Counted from the first letter of the stretch, positions 1-8,979 are shown. The stretch is DNA of 64,000 nt from Steroidobacteraceae bacterium (GCA_036494165.1 DASXOQ010000084.1:40859-104858), one strand, 5' to 3'. Program-made: numbers and translations. Notes: a model not told the origin generated them from the sequence alone.

Positions 1-307
1 GCTCTATCCATCCAATGCGCTCGAGCGCCGCATCATCGCCGCAAACGTGCCCACCGCCATCCCCGGCGCGGATCCGAAGGATCACATCCTGGTGTTGCCG
101 CCTTTCGGTACGGACCTAGTCACCGTGCTCGCGTTCGAGAAGCAGCCGGAGTTTTTCGCGGCATTGACCGGGGCCGACAAGTTTTCCTATGACAGCACGC
201 GGGCGCAGGCCTTGAGCAAGGGTCTGGCGAACATCGGCGGCGAACTCAGCATTCACCAGGTCAGCGTCAACACCTATCCGGCGACCACCAACATCAGCTG
301 CAAGTAG
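1..307 (+). CDS. 3' end of a CDS entering from upstream; C-terminal region looks DUF4384-like
   Basis: The frame is open from base 2 (LYPSNALERRIIAAN...) to TAG 305-307; the track ORF 47..307 merely begins at an internal GTG. ...DHILVLPPFGTDLVTVLAFEKQPEFF parallels ...DHFMVMITETPRDFSALAL near the C-terminus of the caspase gene 1924..3570. Confidence 0.4.
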   Translation, partial: LYPSNALERRIIAANVPTAIPGADPKDHILVLPPFGTDLVTVLAFEKQPEFFAALTGADKFSYDSTRAQALSKGLANIGGELSIHQVSVNTYPATTNISCK

Positions 308-310
308 CCC

Positions 311-1927
311 GTGGGCATCACCGATTGGCTGTTAAGACCTCTAGGCTGGTTGTTCGCACGCCATCCTGACTGGCGCGACGCCTTCGGCCGGCTGCTGCTT
401 GCCGCGGGCGTCCGTTTCTACGTAGCGCTCGCCCTCGTGGTGGCGGCGTTCGGTGCGTGGAACCTGCTCTCGCATCCCTTTGACAATCAACTGGCGCACG
501 ACAGCTTCGATCTTCTGATGCGGCAGAGGCCCATCGCCTATCGGCCGGATGCGGATGTCGTGGTGCTCGACATCGACGAAGCGAGCCTTGCCGCCATGAA
601 CGCCGAATACGGCCGCTGGCCCTGGCCCCGCAAGGTGCTTTCCTCGGTGGCCGCGCCGCTCGAGGCGGCGAGGGCGCGTGCGGTGGTGTTCGACATCCTG
701 TTCACGGATGCGGATGTGGCGAACCTGGAGAGCGAGGCGGCGTTCGACCGCTACGTAAGGGCGAGCCGCGTCTCGTTCTTTCCGGCGATTCGCCTGAATC
801 CGAAGAACGATGCGGCCAGTGAGGTTCCGGTGTCGTTGTTGAATTTCGCGAGCCCGGATCCCGAAGCTCCCGGCATCGCGCTAAACGCGCACCGCACGCT
901 CGCCATCATGACACCGTACTTCAAGAGCATTTATGACAGCGGCCGGGTCGGCACCAGCAACATCTATCCCGACAGCGACAACATCGTGCGCTGGTATTCG
1001 AGTTTCGAGCCGTTGGCTGGATACAAGATTCCCTCGTTGCCTTACAAGGTGGCCGAACTGCTCAAGTGGCCGCTGCCGAAGCATGCGCACAACCTCATCA
1101 ACTGGCCCAAGGGCATCGCTCCCTACCGCACCATCAGTTTCGTGCGCGCCATGGCCGCGGCCAAGGCCAATGACGGCGCCTTCTTTGCGCAGTTTGCCGG
1201 CAAAGTCGTCGTGGTCGGTTCCACCGCGGCGGACTTGGGCGATATCAAGGCAACCCCGGTGGACGCCCAGTATCCCGGCGTCTATGTGCTCGCGACGGTG
1301 CTGGACAACACCAAGAACGATCGCTATTTGAAGCCCTTGAATCCCTGGCTCATCTTCTGCCTCGAACTCGCGCTGCTCATGGCTTCGGCGCTGCTGTTCA
1401 GCCGCACCAATCAGGCCCTCGCCATCGCCAAATATTTCTTCATCGTGCCGGCGGTGCTGTTCGCGCTCTCGCTCGCCTCGGTCAGCGTCAGCAACTGGCT
1501 GGTGGATCTGTCGGTTCCCGCCGCCCTGGTCTTGGCGTACTTCACCTTCGCGAAGCTCTTCGACGCGAATTTGCGCGACTTCATCGCCGGCACCGGTCCC
1601 TTCCTCGCCACCGCAGGTGAAGTGACCGGTCGCCTGCAGGTAGCCTGCCTGCCGGCGAGCGAACCGCGTGAGCGGGTGCTGCAGCTGCTCATCGACTGCC
1701 GGCCGGTGGTCAAGCTATGGGAACCGGACGCCGCAGGTATGGGACGACGTTGGCGCGATCAGGGCTGGGTGCTGTGGCGTTGGGCGGCGGCCGGCGCGGC
1801 GGGCGAGGAGGATGCGATCCCACCATCACTTCCATTATGCTGGGTGGACGTGCCGGGCAACACCGACGCTTCCTTTCCTCTCGCCGAAGCGCTGGCATCG
1901 GCCGGACGGGCCATGGAGAAAAAATGA
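311..1927 (+). CDS. CHASE2 domain-containing membrane sensor with no recognisable output domain
   Basis: GTG start 3 nt after the upstream stop. N-terminal TM helix (LLLAAGVRFYVALALVVAAFGAW), then a ~300-aa periplasmic region with CHASE2-type motifs (VVVLDIDEASL, GRWPWPR, VVFDILF, GSTAADLGDIKATPV), then three C-terminal TM helices. The ~130-aa cytoplasmic tail has no kinase, cyclase or GGDEF motifs. Its stop overlaps the next start (ATGA, 1924-1927). Confidence 0.8.
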   Translation: MGITDWLLRPLGWLFARHPDWRDAFGRLLLAAGVRFYVALALVVAAFGAWNLLSHPFDNQLAHDSFDLLMRQRPIAYRPDADVVVLDIDEASLAAMNAEYGRWPWPRKVLSSVAAPLEAARARAVVFDILFTDADVANLESEAAFDRYVRASRVSFFPAIRLNPKNDAASEVPVSLLNFASPDPEAPGIALNAHRTLAIMTPYFKSIYDSGRVGTSNIYPDSDNIVRWYSSFEPLAGYKIPSLPYKVAELLKWPLPKHAHNLINWPKGIAPYRTISFVRAMAAAKANDGAFFAQFAGKVVVVGSTAADLGDIKATPVDAQYPGVYVLATVLDNTKNDRYLKPLNPWLIFCLELALLMASALLFSRTNQALAIAKYFFIVPAVLFALSLASVSVSNWLVDLSVPAALVLAYFTFAKLFDANLRDFIAGTGPFLATAGEVTGRLQVACLPASEPRERVLQLLIDCRPVVKLWEPDAAGMGRRWRDQGWVLWRWAAAGAAGEEDAIPPSLPLCWVDVPGNTDASFPLAEALASAGRAMEKK

Positions 1928-3570
1928 ATACCGGGATGAGCCTCAATTGCATGCTCCCGTGCATCGCTTCGCTGCTGATGGCGCCGGCGTTCGCACAACA
2001 ACCCCAGGGCGACGCGCCGCACCTGGACAAACCCGCGGTGCAGCAGTCGCCACTCGCTCAGCTCAAGGACGGACGGCAGGCCGGCAACAACAACCAGATC
2101 CTGTCCACGGGCATCCGTGAGATCCAGCCGGGGTTTCCGCCGCCGCTGCCTTCAAATCACGCGCTCATCATCACGGTATCCGAGTATCAGAGGAGCCCGC
2201 TGCCGGGTGTGCTGACGGACCGCAAGCTCGGCATCGAGCTTGCGCGGCGCTTCGGCGTGCCGCAGGAAAACATCGTCGAGCTGTCGGAAACCCAGGTGAC
2301 GCGCGAGGGTTTGCGGCAGGCGTTCGCCACCCTGAATCAATCCATCATGCCGGGCGACAAGCTGTACGTGTATTTCTCGGGCCACGGTGCGCGCTTTTTC
2401 AACAAGGCCACCAATCAATGCACCGAGAGCATCGTGACGCAGGACATGAAGCTCGTCACCAATGTCGAATTCGCCGCCATGATCAAGCCGCTCGCGGCCA
2501 AGACAGACAAAACAATCGTGATGCTCGATTCCTGCCACTCAGGAGGAGTGGCGCAGGCCGCGGGAACGCGCTCACTGCCGCTGGATTTTCGCTCCAAGTT
2601 CAGCCCGGAGGTATCGAGTCCGCAATGCAGCGTGCCGGTGAATCTCGGCAGCTTTGCCACTTCCCGCGGCGCCGATTTTCATACCACCGACCACAATCTG
2701 GTGATCCTCGCCGCCGCCCGCAACAACGAGGTGGCCTGGGACACATCGAAGGGGGGCGCCATGACCTACGCCTTCGAACAGTGTCTGGCGGGCGGCGCCA
2801 CTGATTCCGATCACAGCGGCTCGCTGTCCATGCAGGAACTGGCCGACTGCGTGCAGGCGCGCCTCGACAAGACCCAGGAACAGGCGGCGCGTCAGCACGC
2901 CACGCTCGCAGGCAATGCGGGTCTGGTCCCGGCCATGACCGACGCGCCGCCGGTGCCGCAACCGGCAACCCCGCCGGCCGGCGCGACCGCCCCCGCGCCG
3001 CCCGCCGGGCCGTCGAGCGTCAGCATCGTGGCGGCCCTCACCGACATCTACAATCAGCGCGACGATCGCTGGACCGTGGATGCCAAGGCCGGCTCGCCGC
3101 TACTGAAGATTGGCACCAACATGACCCTCAAGGTAGCCTCCGATCACGAAGGCTACGTGTATGTGTTTTATCGCGGCACCTCCGCGGACAGTTTCTATCT
3201 TCTTTTCCCAAATCAACTCGATGCCGACAACCACATCGCCGCCAATCAGCAACTCGCCTTGCCGCGGAACAACTGGAATGTGACGGCCCTGGGACCTGCC
3301 GGCACCGACCATTTCATGGTGATGATCACCGAGACCCCCCGGGATTTTTCCGCCCTTGCGCTGCCCGCTGCGTACGTGAGCCAGGCGGGTCCCTTCGAGA
3401 AAATCGCGCCCAACCCGCAAGCGGTGGCGAGCGTCGGCCAGGCGGCCACTTTGTCATCGGCGTTGGCGAGGCCGGAATGCAAGAGCGCGCAAAACCGCGA
3501 TCTCGGCGTCGCCAAACGTTGCTCCAACGTGTTCGGCGCGAGCTTGCTATCGGTCGAGGAGACCGACTGA
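1924..3570 (+). CDS. Secreted caspase-family (peptidase C14) protein with C-terminal DUF4384 domain
   Basis: The ATG at 1924 gives a Sec signal peptide (MNTGMSLNCMLPCIASLLMAPAFA). Caspase His/Cys dyad: YFSGHGA (His codon 2383-2385) and LDSCHSGG (Cys codon 2533-2535). A Pro/Ala linker leads to the DUF4384-like block LKIGTNMTLKVASDHEGYVYVFYR...LLFPN. The track ORF start at 1717 lies inside the CHASE2 gene and was rejected. Confidence 0.85.
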   Translation: MNTGMSLNCMLPCIASLLMAPAFAQQPQGDAPHLDKPAVQQSPLAQLKDGRQAGNNNQILSTGIREIQPGFPPPLPSNHALIITVSEYQRSPLPGVLTDRKLGIELARRFGVPQENIVELSETQVTREGLRQAFATLNQSIMPGDKLYVYFSGHGARFFNKATNQCTESIVTQDMKLVTNVEFAAMIKPLAAKTDKTIVMLDSCHSGGVAQAAGTRSLPLDFRSKFSPEVSSPQCSVPVNLGSFATSRGADFHTTDHNLVILAAARNNEVAWDTSKGGAMTYAFEQCLAGGATDSDHSGSLSMQELADCVQARLDKTQEQAARQHATLAGNAGLVPAMTDAPPVPQPATPPAGATAPAPPAGPSSVSIVAALTDIYNQRDDRWTVDAKAGSPLLKIGTNMTLKVASDHEGYVYVFYRGTSADSFYLLFPNQLDADNHIAANQQLALPRNNWNVTALGPAGTDHFMVMITETPRDFSALALPAAYVSQAGPFEKIAPNPQAVASVGQAATLSSALARPECKSAQNRDLGVAKRCSNVFGASLLSVEETD

Positions 3571-3571
3571 A

Positions 3572-4465
3572 TCAGTCCTTGCTGATTTCCATGAACCAGT
3601 CCGGCCCTGACTCGATTTTGTGGGCGGCCGCGTAGCTCGACTGGTTGAGCGCCAACGCCACGTTCAAAAGACTGTTGATATAGACGAGCGGCTTGCCCAC
3701 CGGCACGCTGCCGAACGTGCGCTCGTAGGGGATACGCACCTCGTCGATCAGCTTGTCGTTGTGCAGGATGCGCACGTGCACCGTTTCGCCCAAGCCGACG
3801 TGCAGTTCTTCGAAGAGCGCTTTCGGGATGTTGCTCCAGACGTTGCCGAACTGCACGTCGAGCACCGGCACGATGCCCGAAATCTTGTTGCCGGTCCTTT
3901 GTGCGCGGCGATAGGGGATGGTGATGAGCGTTTCCGGCGGCAGCTTGGGACCAACCTGCTCGAATCCGATCACGCCGGCGGCGAGTCGCGCCCCCGTATA
4001 GACGAAGACATCGCGGCCGTGAAAGGTATGTGAGTCATCCGATCCCGGACGGCGATTGACCGATTCGTCTATCTGCCGCAGCCCCTCGATGCCGTCGCGT
4101 TCGGCCACGAGCGACAAAAGGCCGTTATCGGGGCCCACGAAGTAGCGGCCGGTTTTGGTCTTCAGGACCACGGAGAGCCGTTTGGTGCCGACTCCGGGAT
4201 CAACCACGGCGACGAAGACCGTGCCCTCGGGCCAAAACTGCTCGGTCTGATAGAGCCGGTAGGCACCCTCGAAAATGCTCGGGTTTTCGTGGGACAGGTC
4301 CGAGATCAGAAGCTCCTGCGACACCGAGTAGGCGACGCCCTTCATGGCCGATACCGCGCCGTCCGAGGTGCCGAAGTCGCTGAGCAGCACCAGCGGGGCG
4401 CGTGCTTGGGCGAGCGCGGCGAGCAGCGTCAGGACGATGCCGAACGCCGCGCCCTTGAAGGTCAC
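3572..4465 (-). CDS. DUF62 / SAM hydrolase (SAM hydroxide adenosyltransferase / halogenase fold) protein carrying a signal peptide
   Basis: Family motifs LLSDFGTSDGAVSAMKGV, VAVVDPGVGT and VGPDNGLLS. The N-terminus MTFKGAAFGIVLTLLAALAQARA is a Sec-type signal peptide. GTG start overlaps the SYLF stop (GTGA). The stop lies 1 nt from the convergent caspase stop. Confidence 0.8.
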   Translation of the reverse strand: MTFKGAAFGIVLTLLAALAQARAPLVLLSDFGTSDGAVSAMKGVAYSVSQELLISDLSHENPSIFEGAYRLYQTEQFWPEGTVFVAVVDPGVGTKRLSVVLKTKTGRYFVGPDNGLLSLVAERDGIEGLRQIDESVNRRPGSDDSHTFHGRDVFVYTGARLAAGVIGFEQVGPKLPPETLITIPYRRAQRTGNKISGIVPVLDVQFGNVWSNIPKALFEELHVGLGETVHVRILHNDKLIDEVRIPYERTFGSVPVGKPLVYINSLLNVALALNQSSYAAAHKIESGPDWFMEISKD

Positions 4466-5301
4466 GGCGTCGTGGGCTTCTTCGGGTCGTCGAGCGGGAA
4501 GGTGCGGGCCGGCTCCGCCGCGGGCGGTGTGCCATTGATCGGCGGCGCATCCGCAGATGCCGGCGTGTCGGCCTGCGGTGCGGGTGAGCCGCGAACCTGG
4601 GTGCGCGTCGCCTGCGCGAGGCGCTCCAGGAAGCGCTGCGCCGTCGGCGGCGGCGTGGGCGCCTGACCGGAGAAGATCTCGGAGGCCGTCACTCCGCTCT
4701 TGTGGTAGAAGTCCGCGTTCGCCGAGCGGTCGATGGAGATCACGCTGCCGTCGAGCGCGATGCCGCCGAAGAGCCCGCGGGTGCGCGCGTAGGAGTAGAT
4801 CTCCGCATTGAACTGGATGTCGGTGGCGGCAGATCCCTGGCGACCCACCGGACCGGTGGCTACCGAGGCATCGGCGCCCAAGGTCAACTTGCCGCCGGTG
4901 ATGCCTTCAATGCCCGCCTTGGTGGTGAACACCAGGATGATGTCCGAGGACTGCGCGCCGGCCTGAAACCCCCAGCTGCCGCCGGTGAGCGAGATGAAGA
5001 CCGGGTTGCTCCAGGGCCCATTCAGCTTGTCGCGCACCACCAGCACGCCGTTGCCGTGTCGGCCGCCGAAGATGAATGCGACCTTGGTGACATCCGGTAT
5101 CACGGCGATGCCGTAGGCATGGGAAAGAAGCGTGTCCGGCAGCCTCACATCGGGCATGGCCTGAACTTCCTCCAGCACTTCCGTTGCAGTGAGCAGACGT
5201 CCTTCCTCGCGCGCCGATCCTGCGCGCGCCACGCCTGCCAGACTCAAGGCAAGAGCAGCCAACAGAAACAGGCTGGTCAGAAAATTCTTGTGGGACATCA
5301 A
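4462..5301 (-). CDS. Exported SYLF (Ysc84/DUF500) lipid-binding domain protein
   Basis: Signal peptide, then the SYLF core GIAVIPDVTKVAFIFGGRHGNGVLV...SWGFQAGAQSSDIILVF...LTLGADASVATGPVGR, then a Pro-rich tail. An AGGAG RBS precedes the ATG. Confidence 0.8.
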   Translation of the reverse strand: MMSHKNFLTSLFLLAALALSLAGVARAGSAREEGRLLTATEVLEEVQAMPDVRLPDTLLSHAYGIAVIPDVTKVAFIFGGRHGNGVLVVRDKLNGPWSNPVFISLTGGSWGFQAGAQSSDIILVFTTKAGIEGITGGKLTLGADASVATGPVGRQGSAATDIQFNAEIYSYARTRGLFGGIALDGSVISIDRSANADFYHKSGVTASEIFSGQAPTPPPTAQRFLERLAQATRTQVRGSPAPQADTPASADAPPINGTPPAAEPARTFPLDDPKKPTTP

Positions 5302-5380
5302 GGACTCCTGAAAGGTTTGGCCGTAGCTTACCGCAACTTCTCCGGCAAGCCCTACGCTTCGAGGAGTCGGTGAAGCGGGT

Positions 5381-8074
5381 TTAATGTACGGGGACTTGAA
5401 GTTGCGCCGCGTCGGCTTCGCGGTGATGCTCGAGAAAGTACTCGGTGAGTCGCGCCGTGGTTTTCATGGCATCCGGATGCTGCGCTCCCAGCACCGCGGT
5501 GAGCTGTTGCTGCGCCGCTGCCAACATCGGCTCGCCTTCGATGTCGCGGCCTTCCTTGATCAATACCCAGCCGAGGCTTGCGCGCACCCGCGCGATGCGC
5601 CAATTATCGGCTCCGAATGCCGATATGTTGATATCCAGTGCCTTGCGCAATTCCGACTCCGCTGCGGAGAGTTGTCCTTTCGCCAGAAATATCTCGCCCA
5701 GGACGCGTCGCGTGGAGGCCACATAGGCGTGATTCGCCGGCAGGGTGTTGGAGTAGATGTCGAGCGCCTCTTTGGCATCGGCCTCGGCACCGTCAAGATC
5801 GTTGTCTTGCAGCTTAAGGTCGGCCAATCCATCGAGCCGGTAGGCATGCATGTAGTGATGGCTGCCCACTTGGGCGGTGGTGAGCTTGAGTGCGTCTTGC
5901 GCGAGCGAGATGGCATGCTTCAAATCCCCCGTATAGGCATACAGAGTCGACAGGCTTTCCTCCACGAACGAGACCCGGGGGTTGTCCTGCCCAAATACGC
6001 TGCGTTCGATGTCCAGCGTCTCGTGAAGTACCGCATCGGCCTCGGCGTACTTGCCGGTCTGAACCAAAATGTATCCCAAGGTGCCCATTGCCTCGGTGCG
6101 CTCAGGATTGGAGCGAGTGACCACCTCCAGGATCTTCAAGGCGTCGCGCTGTTCCTTTTCAGCAGTCTTGAAGTCTCCAGACCACGTGGAGGCCGCGGCC
6201 AGTGAGTTGTAGCTCTCGCCGATGTCGAAGGCGCGATCGCCTGGCAGCGCGCGGTAAATCGCCAGCGCATTCCTGAACAGGCTGCGGGCGCGGACCGGAT
6301 CGCTTTCGGCGGCGAGCACCATGTGACCGTATTGCAGATAAATGTCGGCCGTCTGCCGGCTTGCCGGTCCCCCCACATCGGAGAGTGCGAGCGCTTCCTG
6401 GATGTAACCCTCGGCGGCGGCGAAGTGTCCGCCATCGGACAGGGCGCGCGACAGATCGGCGAGCGAGGCGGCGACCAAGCGATTGTCCACCGGGCTCATG
6501 TCCTTGCGGATGGCCACCGCCTGTTCGAACAGCGGAATCGCCCGATCGTAGTGGCCCTCGTGCCGATAGGCGAGGCCGATGCTTTCCAGCAATTCGGCGC
6601 GAACTTCAGGGTGCAGGGATGTATTGTCCCTGATCCGCGCCTCGCCGGCGTCCAGCAGATCCTTTGCGGTCAATTCCTTGCCCTGGGCTGTGAAAGGGTC
6701 GGCGGCGGAAAATACATTCACCAGGAAGCCCGAGACCTCCTGAGCGCGCTCGCGTTGTTCTTCCGCGGCCTGCTTTTCCTTGTTGATCTGAATGTTTTGC
6801 CGCAAGGTGAGGACGGCGACGAATGCGATGCCGAGAAATATCACGCCCGTCACCACCGCGCCGAGCAGGTGGCGGCGTAGGAACTTGACCGAGTTGTAGC
6901 GCCAGTCCCCCTGGCGGGCGCGCACCGGCTGTCCGGCAAGATGGCGCCTCAGATCATCCGCCAGCGCTTCGACCGAGGGGTAGCGGCGGTCGGGTTCCTT
7001 GCGCATCGCCATCGCCACGATGGCATCGAGATCGCCGTTCAAGCGCGCGCGCAGACGCTCCGGGGGCGAGCCGCGCCGCGCCGCGATGCGCTCGCGGTCC
7101 TCATCACTCTCGTCCTTGAACTTCGCCATCACCATCTGGCTGGGACGCGCCGGTTCGTCCATGCAGATCGCGCGTTCCAGCTGCAGTTGGCTGTAGCTCA
7201 ACAGCCGATAGGGCGAGCGGCCCGATAGCAGCTGATAGAGGAGCACGCCCAGGGCGAAGACGTCGGTCGCGGTGGTGATCGGCCGTCCCAGCACCTGCTC
7301 GGGGGCGGCGTTTTCGGGGGTGAGGATGCGCTCCTGCAGCCGCGTCACGGGCAGGGTATGCGCCAGGCTTTCCGGCGCCAAGAGCTTCGCCACCCCGAAG
7401 TCCAGGAGCTTCGGCGTGCCCTGATCGGTGACGTAGATGTTCGAGGCCTTGATGTCGCGATGGACGACTAGGTTGCGATGTGCGTAGTGCACCGCCGAGC
7501 AGACCTCGACGAACAACTCGATGCGATCGCGCACTATCAGACTGCGTTGATCGCAATATTCGTCGAGCGAAACCCCGTCGACCAAGTCCATCACCAGATA
7601 GGGCGTGCCATCCTCGAGTTCGCCGCTGTCGCTCAAGCGGGCGATGTAGGGATGGTCGAGCGTGGCGAGGATGTGGCGTTCGCTATGCAGCCGGCTGCGC
7701 AGCCGCGGGTGCAGCGCCGCGCCCTGCAACACCTTCACGGCGACTGCGCGCGGATTCGCAGTTTCGCATTCGCCGCGGTACACGGTGCTCATCCCGCCAT
7801 GCCCCAGCACCGAGACGATGCGGTAGCGCCCGACCTGCGTGCCGATCAACCGGTCGCGGTGGTCCTCGAGCAGCGACTCGGCGGCGGCGCCGACCGCGTG
7901 CTGGAACGGGTCCCCGTGCTTCATGTCGGAGTCGAGCAAGGACTGCACGGAAGCGCGCAGCTCGGCGTCGTCGCCGCAGCGCTCTTTCAGCTGCCGGGTG
8001 CGGGCCGGTTCCTCCAGGTCCAACAATTCGTCGAACAACACATGGATCTGTTGCCAGCGCGCTCCGGTTTTCAT
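5381..8074 (-). CDS. Transmembrane Ser/Thr protein kinase with periplasmic TPR region
   Basis: Hanks kinase motifs GHGGMSTVY, AVKVL, HRDIKASNIYV, DFGVAK and AAPE. One TM helix (LLGAVVTGVIFLGIAFVAVLTL), followed by ~470 aa of TPR-like repeats. ATGA overlap with the sigma gene stop (8071-8074). Confidence 0.9.
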   Translation of the reverse strand: MKTGARWQQIHVLFDELLDLEEPARTRQLKERCGDDAELRASVQSLLDSDMKHGDPFQHAVGAAAESLLEDHRDRLIGTQVGRYRIVSVLGHGGMSTVYRGECETANPRAVAVKVLQGAALHPRLRSRLHSERHILATLDHPYIARLSDSGELEDGTPYLVMDLVDGVSLDEYCDQRSLIVRDRIELFVEVCSAVHYAHRNLVVHRDIKASNIYVTDQGTPKLLDFGVAKLLAPESLAHTLPVTRLQERILTPENAAPEQVLGRPITTATDVFALGVLLYQLLSGRSPYRLLSYSQLQLERAICMDEPARPSQMVMAKFKDESDEDRERIAARRGSPPERLRARLNGDLDAIVAMAMRKEPDRRYPSVEALADDLRRHLAGQPVRARQGDWRYNSVKFLRRHLLGAVVTGVIFLGIAFVAVLTLRQNIQINKEKQAAEEQRERAQEVSGFLVNVFSAADPFTAQGKELTAKDLLDAGEARIRDNTSLHPEVRAELLESIGLAYRHEGHYDRAIPLFEQAVAIRKDMSPVDNRLVAASLADLSRALSDGGHFAAAEGYIQEALALSDVGGPASRQTADIYLQYGHMVLAAESDPVRARSLFRNALAIYRALPGDRAFDIGESYNSLAAASTWSGDFKTAEKEQRDALKILEVVTRSNPERTEAMGTLGYILVQTGKYAEADAVLHETLDIERSVFGQDNPRVSFVEESLSTLYAYTGDLKHAISLAQDALKLTTAQVGSHHYMHAYRLDGLADLKLQDNDLDGAEADAKEALDIYSNTLPANHAYVASTRRVLGEIFLAKGQLSAAESELRKALDINISAFGADNWRIARVRASLGWVLIKEGRDIEGEPMLAAAQQQLTAVLGAQHPDAMKTTARLTEYFLEHHREADAAQLQVPVH

Positions 8075-8643
8075 CGGCGGTGGCCTTCGATTTCGTCCAG
8101 CAGCCAGGCGCGCGCGAGGCGGATCTCGCGGTGCACCGTGGCCGGAGAAGAATTCTGCGCCGCCGCGATTTCCTCGTAGGTCATGCCGCCGAAGTAGTGC
8201 AGCTCGATGACCTCGGCCAGCCGCGGCTCGAGCTCGGTGAGACTTTCCAGTGCATCGTCGAGCGCGATGACATCGACGTCCAGATGCGGCGGGGTTTCCC
8301 CAGGGTTGTGCGACGCAAAATTGAAAAGCGCGGGATTGCGTTTCCCTCGGCCGCGCGACTTCGCATGATCGACCAGCACGTGGCGCATCAAGCGCGATGC
8401 CAAGGAGAAGAAGTGCGCGCGGTCCTGCAGCGCCACATTGCCCTGGATCAGTCGCACGAACGCCTCATGCACCACGGCAGTGGCCTGCAGGGTGTGGCTG
8501 CCGCGTTCGGCACGCATGTAGCTGCGGGCAAGCTTGCGTAATTCCTCGTAAACCAGAGGCGCAAGCCGGTCGAGCGCATCGGGCTGTCCGGAACGCCAGT
8601 CCGAGAGGAGCTGAGTGAAGTTGACCGGGGCTGGCATCGTCAT
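8071..8643 (-). CDS. ECF-type RNA polymerase sigma factor of the kinase-associated (TIGR02999 / ECF43-like) kind
   Basis: N-terminus FTQLLSDWRSGQPDALDRLAPLVYEELRKLARSYMRAE and C-terminal HTH YFGGMTYEEIAAAQNSSPATVHREIRLARAWL. Translationally coupled to the Ser/Thr kinase. No anti-sigma gene is adjacent. Confidence 0.85.
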   Translation of the reverse strand: MTMPAPVNFTQLLSDWRSGQPDALDRLAPLVYEELRKLARSYMRAERGSHTLQATAVVHEAFVRLIQGNVALQDRAHFFSLASRLMRHVLVDHAKSRGRGKRNPALFNFASHNPGETPPHLDVDVIALDDALESLTELEPRLAEVIELHYFGGMTYEEIAAAQNSSPATVHREIRLARAWLLDEIEGHRR

Positions 8644-8796
8644 TCTCGTTTAACCGCAGGACTCGACCGCTCAGGCTTTCCCTTAAGCATACATCGTAGG
8701 TGCCCGTGAGGGTATTTGCGCCGGGTTGTCGCTTTTCTAGATGGAGCCGGGCCTCGGCTTGCCCGGCGTTTCAACCCATCGACCCGGAGTATCCCC

Positions 8797-8961
8797 ATGA
8801 AAAAGAGTTCTGTTGCGTTGATCGCCGGTTGCTTGTACGCGGTTTGTTCGCTGGCACTTTTTGACGTTCAGGCGTCCGGTTCTGCGCAGTTGGCAAGCGC
8901 CGCGGCACCCGTCATCGGCCAGTTCGATGTACCGCCCACCGCGCCGCCCCACCGAATTTAA
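8797..8961 (+). CDS. Small hypothetical secreted protein (54 aa)
   Basis: The ATG at 8797 gives MKKSSVALIAGCLYAVCSLALFDVQA, which is signal-peptide-like. No homology recognised. Confidence 0.3.
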   Translation: MKKSSVALIAGCLYAVCSLALFDVQASGSAQLASAAAPVIGQFDVPPTAPPHRI

Positions 8962-8979
8962 TTGATGCGAGGAGAAGAC

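Noticed and set aside
1717-1923. Upstream extension of the caspase ORF (track start 1717)
   Set aside because: It lies inside the CHASE2 coding region and encodes Gly/Arg-rich junk. The ATG at 1924 gives a proper signal peptide and an ATGA coupling.
7480-8541. 353-aa and 233-aa plus-strand ORFs over the kinase/sigma genes
   Set aside because: Extremely Arg/Ala/Pro-rich, and antisense to two genes with clear catalytic motifs.
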